DNA from: Balanoglossus misakiensis
Lineage: Eukaryota; Animalia; Hemichordata
Reading direction: 5' to 3'
Assembly: GCA_040954595.2 (NCBI GenBank)
Contig: CM082598.2
Coordinates: forward strand, 868,001-932,000
DNA length: 64,000 bases
The notes under the pieces are model-generated. The model saw only the letters and a program-made list of their open reading frames with translations, ran no database searches and was not told the origin of the DNA. The translations under genes were made by a program, and so were the position numbers. Position 1 is the first letter of the stretch. Every line of letters starts with the position of its first letter. This document shows positions 12,401 through 24,900 of this stretch, one piece after another.

Positions 12401-15400
12401 AGACCAGCCATCTATCACACCCATGCAGAAGCAAAGAAACCACGCCAGACGAAAAAAGGAAATATTACAAAATTGGTGTTAATAAAATAAGCACTTAGGG
12501 AACATGCAGCAGACAGTGTTATGTGCAAGTGGGATAAATTCCTGCAGGAAATAAAGAAGAAAGAGAAGATTAAATTAAAAAGAATTCAGGGTTAGGTTTC
12601 TTTGGTTGTGTATAAAAACATCCAAGCTAAAGCAGATCAACGCAACACGTGCACTGGGGTCTGAAATCTCTCTTCATGTGAACACAAAGTTTGGGCACCT
12701 CTAGCTGCAGAGATTGTAGCGGGTGCTGCTAGGTTGACTGGTGTGTTCACAGCATTACCACTACAAGGCCATGTGCATAAGTGCCCTAGCTATCAACTTT
12801 TTGCAGCGGATCTGTTTTCAACTTACTCTAGATTTCTGATTGGCAGACAAGATGTCCTTTTCTATGAAATCTGCAAGCTACCATGTGACCACCCAGTAAA
12901 CAGGCGACTATGGTCACCCCTCTGTCTTATATCCCTCCCCTTAACCCCCCCCCTCCCCCAAGTAGGGCAAGTATTGTCAACTTTTCGTAGAAAATAGCTA
13001 ATTTCTGTATGATAAACTAGGTCCCTATACCTGAACGTATAGACTAATATACATAGAGAAAAGTCTGACAGAAAAGAACAGAGCAATTAGCAACAAATAT
13101 GTCCAGAGTAATATTCACTTAGGCTGCATTCACAAACACCTCTGGAGGGGGGGACGGGAGAATTCAATTTTTTTTACCGTTAATTTTCACATGCCCCCCT
13201 CAACAACCTGAAATATTTTCAAATCCCCCCCTTCCGAACTGCTAAAATTTTCAAATCCCCCCCCCCACCCATTTTCTTTCACAGAGCAAAACACATCACC
13301 TATCTATCTTGTAAAAAAAGAAAAACAGCGCTCCCATGAAAAGAATTTGAAACTGATGTACCCCCTCACTGAACATTGTTTTTATTTTTAAGTTTTTGTA
13401 TTCTGTGTTGGGAGACATTGTAAACCGAGAATTGAAGGGGGTGGGAGGGGGTGTCCCCCTCCTACATAAGAAAATTTTATAAAATACAGAGCTCAAAGCT
13501 GCATTTTAATGAACCCGGCAAAAGCAAATTAACTCAACTACCGGTATGTTGGGGAGGACAAATTTAACCGTCGCCGCTCAAAGTTATCATGGGGTGGGGG
13601 CAAATCCCCTGACCTGGAACACTAGACAAACCAGTCAATGATTGAAAGGTGCTGATGAATGGAGGGGGTGGGTGTGGGAGGGGGTGTCCCCCTCCCACAT
13701 TAGAAAATTTTGTAAAATAAAGGGCGCGAAACTGCATTTTTGTGGACTCAAAATAAATATTTAGTCGTCAAAGTTTTCAAGTCCCCCCCTTTCAGTCCCT
13801 AAATTATTTCAAATCCCCCCCCTTACATACCCTCAATTTTTTCAAATCCCCCCCCTCAATTCTCCCGCCCCCCCCTCCAGAGGTGTTTGTGAATGCAGCC
13901 TTAGTATGCATGCATTATAGTTAATGGTAAGTACCACCCAAGTAGTTTACAACTGAACCAGTTTCGAATAATATCATCGAATAATATCATCGGAAGAAAA
14001 TAACATTGAACTATTTCATGACGTTTCAGATGGCAAGGTTGGAGGCAGGGTCGGGGCGAGCTACTCACCCCAAAGTGCCATTAAAATGGAGAAGAAAGGT
14101 GCAGCATAGCTATCAAAGACACTACTTATCTGGAAGTAAAGCACACAGAAATTTAACCTGGTCCAAAGCTGTGAGTTTTCAAAGTTTAGATTCTCTTTTA
14201 TCCACTTGCGTAAAAGTAAGCATGTTTGTAACATTTGGTTGGATGCTATGAAAATATGCGTCCAGTTTTTTTCTGCAGAAATCACTGAATGTTTCTCGAT
14301 AAGATTTGATTTGTAGGCATTGAGTGAACACAGAAATCACTGACTGGTCTCCTCTGCAGAGTTTCCACTGCTATTTTATATTCATGATGCAACGATTGTA
14401 GAACTTTAACCCTTTCACCCCCATATCCCTCTATAGAGGTCCAACTTTACCATACAAAACAATGGATTTGGACCAAACCATGGTGGTGAAAGGGTGAAAG
14501 TAGAACAAATGAAACCGCACACCCTCTTTTGAGAACATCATGCCTCATTAATATGCAAAGCAATGAGATCCCTGCAGAAGACACCAGTCTGTGATATATA
14601 TGTACATCCTATGTCTACAGAGCAAATCTAAAAACCACAGCTCGGCCAGCCTAAAAGATATTAGATCTAAATGTTAGTTTAAACAACAATACATTACTGC
14701 AGCAACTGCAACCATCCGCAAAGACAATGCTGCAACTAAAAGAGCTAGCAAAGTAAAATATATTTTTAATAATGAAACAGTATTTTAAAATTACATTACA
14801 GAGACTAACCACGACCACAAGTCTATATTAGTCTTTGGAAATAATTAGTGCTCTGGAAAAAAGAATGATGGGACTATGCAAAACTAAGAAAGAGTTTACA
14901 CAGAATTTCTGTCGATGTCATTCAACAGAAGTTGTCATACATACAGAAAGCATTTCAGAACAGCAGAATCGCTGTATATCTCACAACTGTTATCTCGCAT
15001 ACTAGAAATGACTACAAAGTCTCAAAGTTAAGAGATTGTTTAAAATTTTTGTTTTGGGGATACTGTCCAACCTCAGTATGTCACTTATTTAGAGAACGGT
15101 TATTATACCATCACTTGCACTGAAAGTTACTCAAAGATGATGTAAAAACTCTCTTAACTACTGGGCCAAGTTATTGTTACATTTCTATAAAAGTCCTTGC
15201 TTTCTCAATGTCTTTGGAGCAAAGCTTCCAGTTTCTTGCATGAGTTGTAAATAATGAGAACACTGTAAACATTAGTGAACAAGATATTTAGTAATAATTA
15301 GGTGTTATGGGTGTGGGGTACAAAAGATGCCACCAGCAAGTCGTTGTAAGTTATCTGCTGCGAGAGATCAGTAACATTATCTATATGCAAAGAAATACAT

Positions 15401-18400
15401 GTGACATCATTAGTACTGCAGTTATTTAGAGATAACATTGAACACCATGCGCAATGATTAACTACAGCAAGGCCTATTATAAGTATATTATTTAGTGATA
15501 ATACAACAAGTCAGGTAATGGATAAAATACAAGAGATGCCAAAAATCAACAAGTTATCAGATGAGTACTATAACATCCTGGATGCAAAGAAAAACATGTG
15601 ACATCATTAGTACAGCATTATTTAGAGAAAACACAGAACATTATGCGTTAAAAGAGCAATGATATCAAAGTACTGTAAACTACAGCAAAGCCTATTATAA
15701 GTATGTTATTTAGTGATAATAAGTCTCCGGTAATGGATATGATTCAAGAGATGCTATAGGCCATACGTGATCAGCAGAATACGAACATGATTCTAGATGC
15801 AAAGAAATACGCATAACATTAGTTATTTAGTGATAAAAATGTTTGTGATGACAAAGTAAGTAACTGTAGGTTATCTCTGGATAATTTAGTGACAAAAGTT
15901 TGATGGCATAGTGGCGTTATTAATACTTGCTACTCACCCCACAAAGATGAGATAATAGCCAATATAGGTGAGAAATAGTTATCAAAGAGAACAGCAAACT
16001 GTAAAGAAAGCAAAAAGGTGAAATGACAGAGGATGACAGGGTTTAGTGGAAGTGGGAGATCGGAAATAAGGATAGATGTAAGATTTGCTCAGCAGGATAA
16101 TTCATGAAGATAAGACAACGGAGAAAATGAATCACAGATAATGTTAAGATGAGATTCTTTGATTGGTTTGAAAGATGTAGCATAAATTTTCACCCATATT
16201 TTAATACATCGCACCTGAAACACAAAGTTAATTATGAAAGCCTAAAGATATATGTTGAGAAAAGTGCCGTTGGTACAAATGTGTAATGTTTATCTGGTCT
16301 TAAGCTACTAATGCCGAGTAATATTTACATGGTGTTGTAAATGGCCCATGTGTTGCTGATGATTGTTAGTTTGTTTGTTATCATCGTCATCTTTAATGGT
16401 GTTTAAAATTACAGGAACATCTATGCAATGCTTGTCAAAATCAAATAGGGGGCTTGCCATTCCCGGTCCCCAGCGCACCCTCACGTCCCCTGATGTGTCC
16501 TTTCACACCAACAAACGCCAACAGACGCCCCTCTAATGAGCTAATTAAGCTCATGAATCATAATTAGTCACTGGCCGTGCATTCCAAGTGACAGACGGAC
16601 CTTCCTGGCATCTACAAGACATTGATTGTAAACACAAACAAACATGTATAATACATATTTGTTTTTGTATAGAAGTGATTCTTATCACAACATTTGCATT
16701 GAAATTATACTTTCGCAGAGCACAACTTTGGCAAAGCAGCAAGAATAGAAGATCTGGATTGGAAGAAAGGAAGAAAGAGAGGGCTTGTTAGTACAAGTGT
16801 GCGTTCGTGGTCTTTGTGTGTGTGTACATACCCCATAGTGTCATCACAATGGACAAGATCGGCGTCGCCCAATTGTCGAATAACAAGGAAAGCTAAATTC
16901 AAAAAAGAAGAATTAAACAGCATGCCTAACTGTCAATGTAAGTAAAATATATTTGTAGGTTGCACATGATTGTCACCTGAAATGAAACTTTCAGGTGAAA
17001 CATTTTGTATGGAATGTAGTAAACATATTAGATAAGCACAACAAGACATCAGCTGGAACCCTTTCACCCCCAGTTCACTGTAAACGGGTCCAACTTTTCC
17101 ATGGATAACAATGGATTTGGACTGGACCATAGTGGTGAAAGGGTATGTTCAAGATGTGACCATACCTTTGTGTAGATACAACTCTCATAGAGCAACCAGT
17201 AACCACAGCGTTCATTACATAAAGGACACATTGTAGTGTTACCCATTCCTTCTTCATCGCAAGTTTCCTGTAAAAGAAAAACAAAAGTTATACCATCCCT
17301 CGTACTGCTGCTTGTTTCACTGTTCTATAAAGTTCTATAGCATTCTGATGAGTCTATAGAAAGTGGTCAAAAACTACACAGAAATCTATAGATGTCCATA
17401 GAATATCTATAAACTTCTAAAGAAATTCATTAGGTTATAGATATCTGTAGAATATCTCTAAACATATATAGAAATTTCATAGGCTATAAAAATCTCTAGA
17501 TGTCCATAGAAATTCTATAAACTTTTATAGAAATGATATAGTCTATAGATTCTATAGATGTCTGTTGAATGCTTTTGTAAGGGGGGATAAGTGAAAGTTG
17601 GAAGAATTTCTTACTATTTGTACAGGATTGTCGACCATGACAATGCATCCATAGATGAAACAACCGAGACCAATAATAGCTGCTGGAATCAAAGCACCTG
17701 TGTAGTAACCGAGCCATGCGAAGTATATTCCTATCTTCTCTCCAAAGTATTTCCTGTAATCGGGTCATACAAAGGTATCTTTCAAACTTCGTTTTCTTTT
17801 TATCTATCCATCATCTAACAGGCGAGAACCCACACACAGGATGAGGTACCCACCACTCCATTCAGGGTAAGAGAGAAGCAGGGGGAAGTATAGTACCTTG
17901 GACACAAGACCACAGCCATGCCAGGGCTCGAAATTATGCAATGATACTGGCATCCAGCCAAAAAAGGAAGGATTCAGCCAATCGGTACGTAAGTACACAT
18001 GTAGCCAATTGCATCTGCCATATTTGGGAACTTGTGCTATTGTTTGCAAGTGTATTGTGTTTGTCAGATGGAAGTCGATGAAGTATCAAAAGAGTTTTGG
18101 ATCTTTTGAAGTGGAGTAAATCTGTAAAAGTTACTGTGGCGATCGAAGTTGCCAGATTTAAAATCAACCAACCTGACGAGATCCAATGGTTGATTCTTGT
18201 ACCATCTTCCTGGTCTGGCCCATTCTTCATACAACAACTATAAAAAAGCACACGTCTGTGATTTCTAAGATGTTCTGAGGAACTTTCTTTCATGTGGAAT
18301 CATAGCTGAAAAGCCGACACTGAAGATTTAAAACTCTAATGAGATTATTTCCCCTCTATTGGCCTAGTAAGTGGATGAAATAATGAGTAATATTTGATGA

Positions 18401-21400
18401 AACTGTGACTTACTCGTCGGTCATTTTCACTTCCGTGAGTCAACATAGAATGCTCACTCGTGTATTTGCCTTCATGCAAAGGGAATGCTGCAGTGTACGT
18501 CCCGTTGCTTAACAAATGCTCAATTCCTGAAATGTAAGCCGTAAATAAATAAATGTGTGGTTCCAATAATATGGTTGATAGGTAGGACAAGAACTTTTTT
18601 ATTTTTAGGATTTTTTCAGAACATGTCCTCAGTTTATTGATCACATCATGTCATTTCTAAATCTCTTGTGGTTTTGCTTTTTCGTAGTATTTTTATCATG
18701 GAAATTACATATTTAAGAACAACTGTCCATCCAACTTACCAAACTTGTTTCCTTTGTCCGGATCATATTTACATCTTTCTAAGATTTCATAAACCTAACA
18801 AGTAAACAGTTTTTAAATATTGCTTAGTATTTTAGTTATCACTGAACCAGAAATTGGATTCACAAACTCACAATGTCACTGATAAAAAATACTTAACCCT
18901 TTCACCACCCTGGTTCAGTCTTAATAGATTGTGTTCTATGATAACATTGGGCATCTAAAGAGGGAACTAAGGGTTAAAGGGCTGCATACCACTAGTAACG
19001 TTCTCAGAACAAACATAAAAACTTACCATTCGACTTCTTTCAGATGGTGTAAAGAACTCATCCTGATTTTCAATATTGATAAACCTAGCAAAGAATATCA
19101 TGAAATGAGGAAATTAATAGACTGTAGTTTACAGAATATAAAACTGATCTGGGATTCCTTTTCCAGTTCTTTTACCCTTTCATCAACATGGTTCAGTCCA
19201 AACCTATTGTTTTCTAAGACCTCTAAAAAGAGAACTGGGAGGGGGATGAGGGGTGGAGAGAGTTTAGGAAGAATACTTACTCGTTCTGCCTGTCTTTCAT
19301 AAATGCACATGTAAAATAGTTGGGTTCGGGTTTGATGAAGTCATCAGTCAATTGAAATGGATTTGGCATCTTGTTACAACATGTCAGTTTTTCATCTTCA
19401 TCGATATCATTTTCCTGATGAGATAAAAACACGAGAACAACTAAGCAAGAGAGTAGCAGTTGTGAGTGTAATTAGTTGAAGTAAAAATATAACGCATCAA
19501 TAACACAGTGTTTTCATTTGGGTCTCTTTTTTGGCTCATGCACATAAGAAGCTCATTGCCCTTTGATAAATAATTTTGACTCTTAAAATATGCAGACAAT
19601 CTACCTGAATTGGCATCTTTAACTTCAGACCTTCAGCTGCTGTTGTCAGTACGTCCCAATTGGCATGGATCTTGACAAAACAAGTCTTCTGATCCGAACT
19701 TTTCTGTTAAAATAAAACATACATTCACAATGATCAATGGCGGATAATTATTTTCATAATAATGGTTCTTGTCTGACATAACTTTGATTTGAAACTCAAA
19801 TCCCGCAGATCATGTGACAAGATGCAGCCAATGACACCACTTGCATGTCACGTGACAAGATGCAGCCAATGACGCCCCATGATGAGACATAATTCTTCAT
19901 ACAACTTACACTAGCATCTTCTTCCTCCAGTTCAAGTTGATGTTCAGTCACAAGATTACTCTGAAATTCTTTCCTCCTTGCGTTTTTCTTAGACTCGCTT
20001 TCATCTTCATCTTTGTCTTTGTCCGACACTTCGTACGCCAAGACGTAGTCTATTCTTCTTTTTTTGTCTCGGAAATACAGCGTCTGTTTGGCACTTGAGT
20101 CTTCATCATCTGTCTGCAAAGAGAAATTTTAAATGATTCATGCGCATTACAAACTACAGTTTATTTAAAATAAACTTTGGCTGTAATTGTTTTAATGGAA
20201 ACTGCTATCTCCCAGCTGTCTCCTTCCTCAGCGACGAACATTAAATGAACAGAGCGAATCCAATTTGTATATCGTACCAGGTAATTTCTCACTGACAAAT
20301 ACACAGCAAATTCTCATGTTTACTTTATTATAATGGATCTAGACCAGGTTCCAAAAATAAACCATATAGAAATTAATGGTATTGTCCTATATAATGGTAT
20401 AGAGTATCAAGTGATGACATGTACAGCTTGGTCACATACGGGATAATATTTCACTGCAAAATTATTTTTCTTTTGTTTTCTTTCATGTTTCTGTTGTTGT
20501 TAATTGTCGTGGGAATATGAAACAAATTCCAGTCTGACAATGTTAACATGATGCCCTCTCCCCCTGTTTCATACAAGTACAGTTCAGTAACCTAAAATAA
20601 TCACTATATGATATTGATCAATTACTTAGAGGAACAACACAACCAATGTACATTCCTCAGTACAGTAATCTGCAATCTCAATTTAAGGACAAAAACAACA
20701 GTTTTGACTTTTGTTTAATTTCAGGTCAGAAGATGTTTCTATTTTCCTGCTTATTGACAACGGCTGAACCAAACGTCTGCTGTTGCTAGGTCCTTACACC
20801 AGTCTTTCATATGGAACGTGTAAATGCAAACAACAATCACAGGTAAGATATTTATTTATTTATGAAACTTAATTAGCGATTCATGTGATGTCAGCATACT
20901 TCTTGCCTCACACACCCCATTTTTTTTTCACTGAACAAAAAACAGTGATTGTCAGAATGACAGGAATGTCCACGCGTAACAAAAATATACCTTTACTTTT
21001 TTATGTGCATGTTTTTGTGCAAATCCTAGTCAGTGTTTGTCCCTGGAATAAATTGTAGTGAAAATGACTGGAACTAGAGAATCTGCAGAAAACATGCAGA
21101 AAAAAACACATTCTTCAACAATTACCTTCGCCTATTAAAATACACACCCCTGATTTGAATAGAGACTTTCTCTCAATAGAAGCAAGAATACAATCAAGCA
21201 TTGTTTGCCGCTAGGGTCTCCATGCAGCAAAGTGTATACATGTACATGTATATAGTCAGTTCGTCAGTAAGTCATACCGGAACAGATTATGAGTGATCTA
21301 TTGCTGGCTTGATACATTTATAATCAGACAAAAATCTTGCATTAACTGACACTATCAAAACACTAGAACAGTGTCTAGTCTGTTAGTGTCTGTGACCAAT

Positions 21401-21966
21401 AACAAATAACATTGCCCTGGACTCTGCCCGTCACGCCCAAGTTTCTGTGAATGGTCAATACTTGCCTCGACCTTGATGTTAAGAAGCTCGTAGCTTCTCC
21501 GAAGCTCTGTTGGCGGAGGTTCTGCCATGGCTCGAGCACTGGCGCGAGAAAGACCGCTAAGATTCTATGATTACATAAAGATGAATAACACTACTGTGGC
21601 CGTAACAAGCACAGTTGACCACTTAACAGTGACGTCAGAATATTAATAGAGGACACCTTGGTAAATGATTAAAGTACACAATAGCATCTACAGAAAGGCC
21701 GTCAAACTGAATGTTGGGTTCGACTCTCAGTGGAAGTTTATGGTGGGCATAGACCGTAAATGCGACTGGGCGTGGCATGTACGGTTTGGTCTGTACCATG
21801 TGAGATAGGGGTGTGTTTACCTTGGCAAATTATGATGCAGTATGCTAGAAATACTGAAATCTAGGGACCTTGGGTTGAAGTCTTCAGTTTAAGGGTTTTA
21901 TCTTCCCTATTAATGAACAAATTTTTGATGTGGACATACATACATGTACACACATACATACATACA

Positions 21967-21998
<32 letters not shown>

Positions 21999-24900
21999 CA
22001 CACACACACACACACACACATACATACATACATACATACATACATACATACATACATACATACATACATACATACATACATACATACATGTATACATACA
22101 TAATATGTTGTTCGACTGGACCGACACAAAGTGCTCGATACTAAAGTAGAACGGAATATAAAGTAAGGGTAGCTGGAGAAACGGTAGGCAGTATAATCTC
22201 CTGATGAGTGAGGTTCCTGATGAGGAAATTTAAGGTTACTAGGTTAGGGCTAATAAAGTTGCTGGTGCATTTCACTCACAGTCACACAAACAGTTGTAAG
22301 CAATTCACTGGCCTGTTTGGCAGTTTTATGTCTTTGTAAGTTACAGCAAGTCAACCTGATCGGCAGTAAATTTTCTTTCAATGAAGTTTGTACATATAGG
22401 TCACTCGTTTGTGGTTTTTGTGTTAGCAACTGACAACTTTGCAGATCACAGCTTGATCTAAAATGCATACATAATATTGATAGAGATGATTTTCTAGAAA
22501 TTGAAAGTGTGTGTCAAAAGTGATTGAATGATTCTACTGAACATGCAAAACATACAGTTGTCGGAAATTACATTGTCACTGCTTTTGTTTTTTGATGATG
22601 GCTCAACTTCAAGATACTTAATTGCTAACTGAGAGACCTTTCATTAATGGGGACCCAGACATATACTGGTTTATCTCCTTCTCTAAATGTCCTCGCACTG
22701 TGAAAGGCTCATGGCCGAATCACTAACCTCGCAACTCAAATCATGCTATCGTGTATACCAAGAGTGACTACGTAACTTGTTAACACTGTATAAAAATAGT
22801 TCATTTTGTTTGTCCAGAAAAGAAAAGTTGAAATCCTTCTAACGTACAGGAGTAGAGTGTTCGCAAAAAAGTGCAATACAGTTCAGATGTCAAAAGTAAT
22901 GGTGTTTACACGATCAACAATTAATTTCACGTTCCCGTCTCTCATCAGACCTGATCAAACGAAAAATTTTCTCTACTGCATCTGTGAACGTACCTGAGAA
23001 ATTTCCTCCAAATCAGGATCATTAACAACAAGCGTTACGTGAGCACTGTCCATATTCTTTCATTCAGTGCAAACAAACCTTTCCCTGCTTCCACAAATCA
23101 ATCGAGATCAAGTCTCCCCGCAGTTGCATTTACTGTACAGCGTAGTTGCAACAGAAAAACTCTAGCAGAACACACCCCTTTGCTTTAGGGACAGCAAGCT
23201 ATTCAACCAAGTTATGTAATGAGGTGAATATCTGTACATAATAATGAAAGCGTTCTCTCAAATTTGGCTTTTGTTTGCCACTAAACAATGCACTATTCTT
23301 CAGAAATATGACAATCAAACCTCAGTACATCTTCAGCTGTGTTATTTAAATGATTGGGTCATTCTTATGGTTCAAATATTTGCACCCTGTGTTAGAAATT
23401 AAGGAAAGCAAACTACAGCTTAGAAGGACCTTGAGTTTTACAGAAGAAGGACCTTGAATATTGTAAAACTCAAGGTTACTCACGTAAACTACTTGTCCTT
23501 CAGACTGTACTGTACATGTACAAAAAAAAAAATGAGCAAAAAGCCTTTGATCCATAATTTGTTGAATAATATTGATATACAACTTGACACTGAACAGGAT
23601 GAATAATTGTTGTATTTTATTACGGTGCAATCAACACAAAGTTTACCAGAAAACTTGTGTAAATGTACATGTAATACAAGGCAACTTGATCGAACTAAAC
23701 GGCATGCAATACACAATCTAGTTATCATACAACAAACATCTCAAAACTCAGTTTGCAAAGTATGCTGGGACGATCTCATTCTCACTGTATATCGCCCTCT
23801 AGAGGCAGAACAACCATTAAATATACAAGTGAAATTTAACTTTTTTTTCCTGGACAGTTAAAACAATATGTCAGTCTAATGATGATTCAGCTAGCAATGG
23901 TTACCATAGCAATCAAAGAGTTTACTTACCGAGATAGCCAGATGTACAGCTTCTGAATCTTCAACCAGTTTCTTGCTTTCAGCCGCATTCTGACTCTCCA
24001 ATCCGATTGGTGTTGCTATGGCTGCATCTGTTTGAGTTTCGTTACCGTTCTCATTGACTGTTGGGTATAGATTCTGATTATCTGGTGGTGGTGGAGATGG
24101 TTGTCCATATGCTTCTAGGCCTGCGATAATAGGAAAGGATCAGTGTCAAGTCTTTTCTCAAATTCATATACATGTTGTATAAAGTATATCAATCTGTGAG
24201 GGCCACAGTCCCTCAAGAAAGATAGTCAGGAATCGCTTATTGGTCGGACGTGTGAACTAGAGGATTAGCTGTAGGATGCGCATTATGGTCACGTGACCAT
24301 CTTAGAGTTGCGCTTTTTCCTTGGAAGCAAGCGACAGTCGCTCTACTATCTACGATGATTTTCCCGATATGTTAGTTATGTTTCAAGTATATTCCAATTC
24401 AGTGCATTAAATTCATACGACATGTTTTTAAAGACAAGGGAAGTGCACATTTCGCGTATCAAATCGCTTCTTGTAGCACTCACAGGCATTGTAATTTTCA
24501 ACTGTGGATTGTGGGCATACACATTTTGTGGGCATTTCTGGGACCGCTTTAATTGTACCCTTTTTTCGATGTTATTTTTTCTCGATAAATGTTGTTTGTG
24601 CTCCCGTTATTAACATGTGACATTTACGTAATTGTGTTTATTACAACATGACTGTTTGGTAAACAGCAGAGCAGTAATGTGCTAATCCTGTTTTGTTCCA
24701 AAGATGACAATCGATGACAATCAGATCAACCACAGGTCGAGTTCACAACCTTTTGTAGAAAGACCCACCCATCTTATCTATCTCATCAACAAACAGACAG
24801 AAGCACAGTCCTTAATAAAACTCCCACATAAATACAACCTGTTGCTCAGAACATTTTAAGCAATCCTCAAATTGACTCCAACTTTTTATAAATCTTGTTT

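Noticed and set aside
12417-12541. Strong acceptor at 12541 and a hydrophobic frame just upstream of exon D as a fifth variant
   Set aside because: In-frame stop from that acceptor, no FD motif and no phase-1 donor.
16193-16214. Possible 21-nt exon (VRCIKIW) within the anoctamin cassette
   Set aside because: Weak GTGAAA donor, phase 0-0, and no homology to the FDN exons.
20170-20240. Possible fourth anoctamin first exon ([22 protein letters not shown])
   Set aside because: Only weak donors (GTTTAT, GTTTCC) are available.
21861-22149. Several ORFs with MYVC/HTYI repeats
   Set aside because: They are translations of the (TACA)n microsatellite, not genes.
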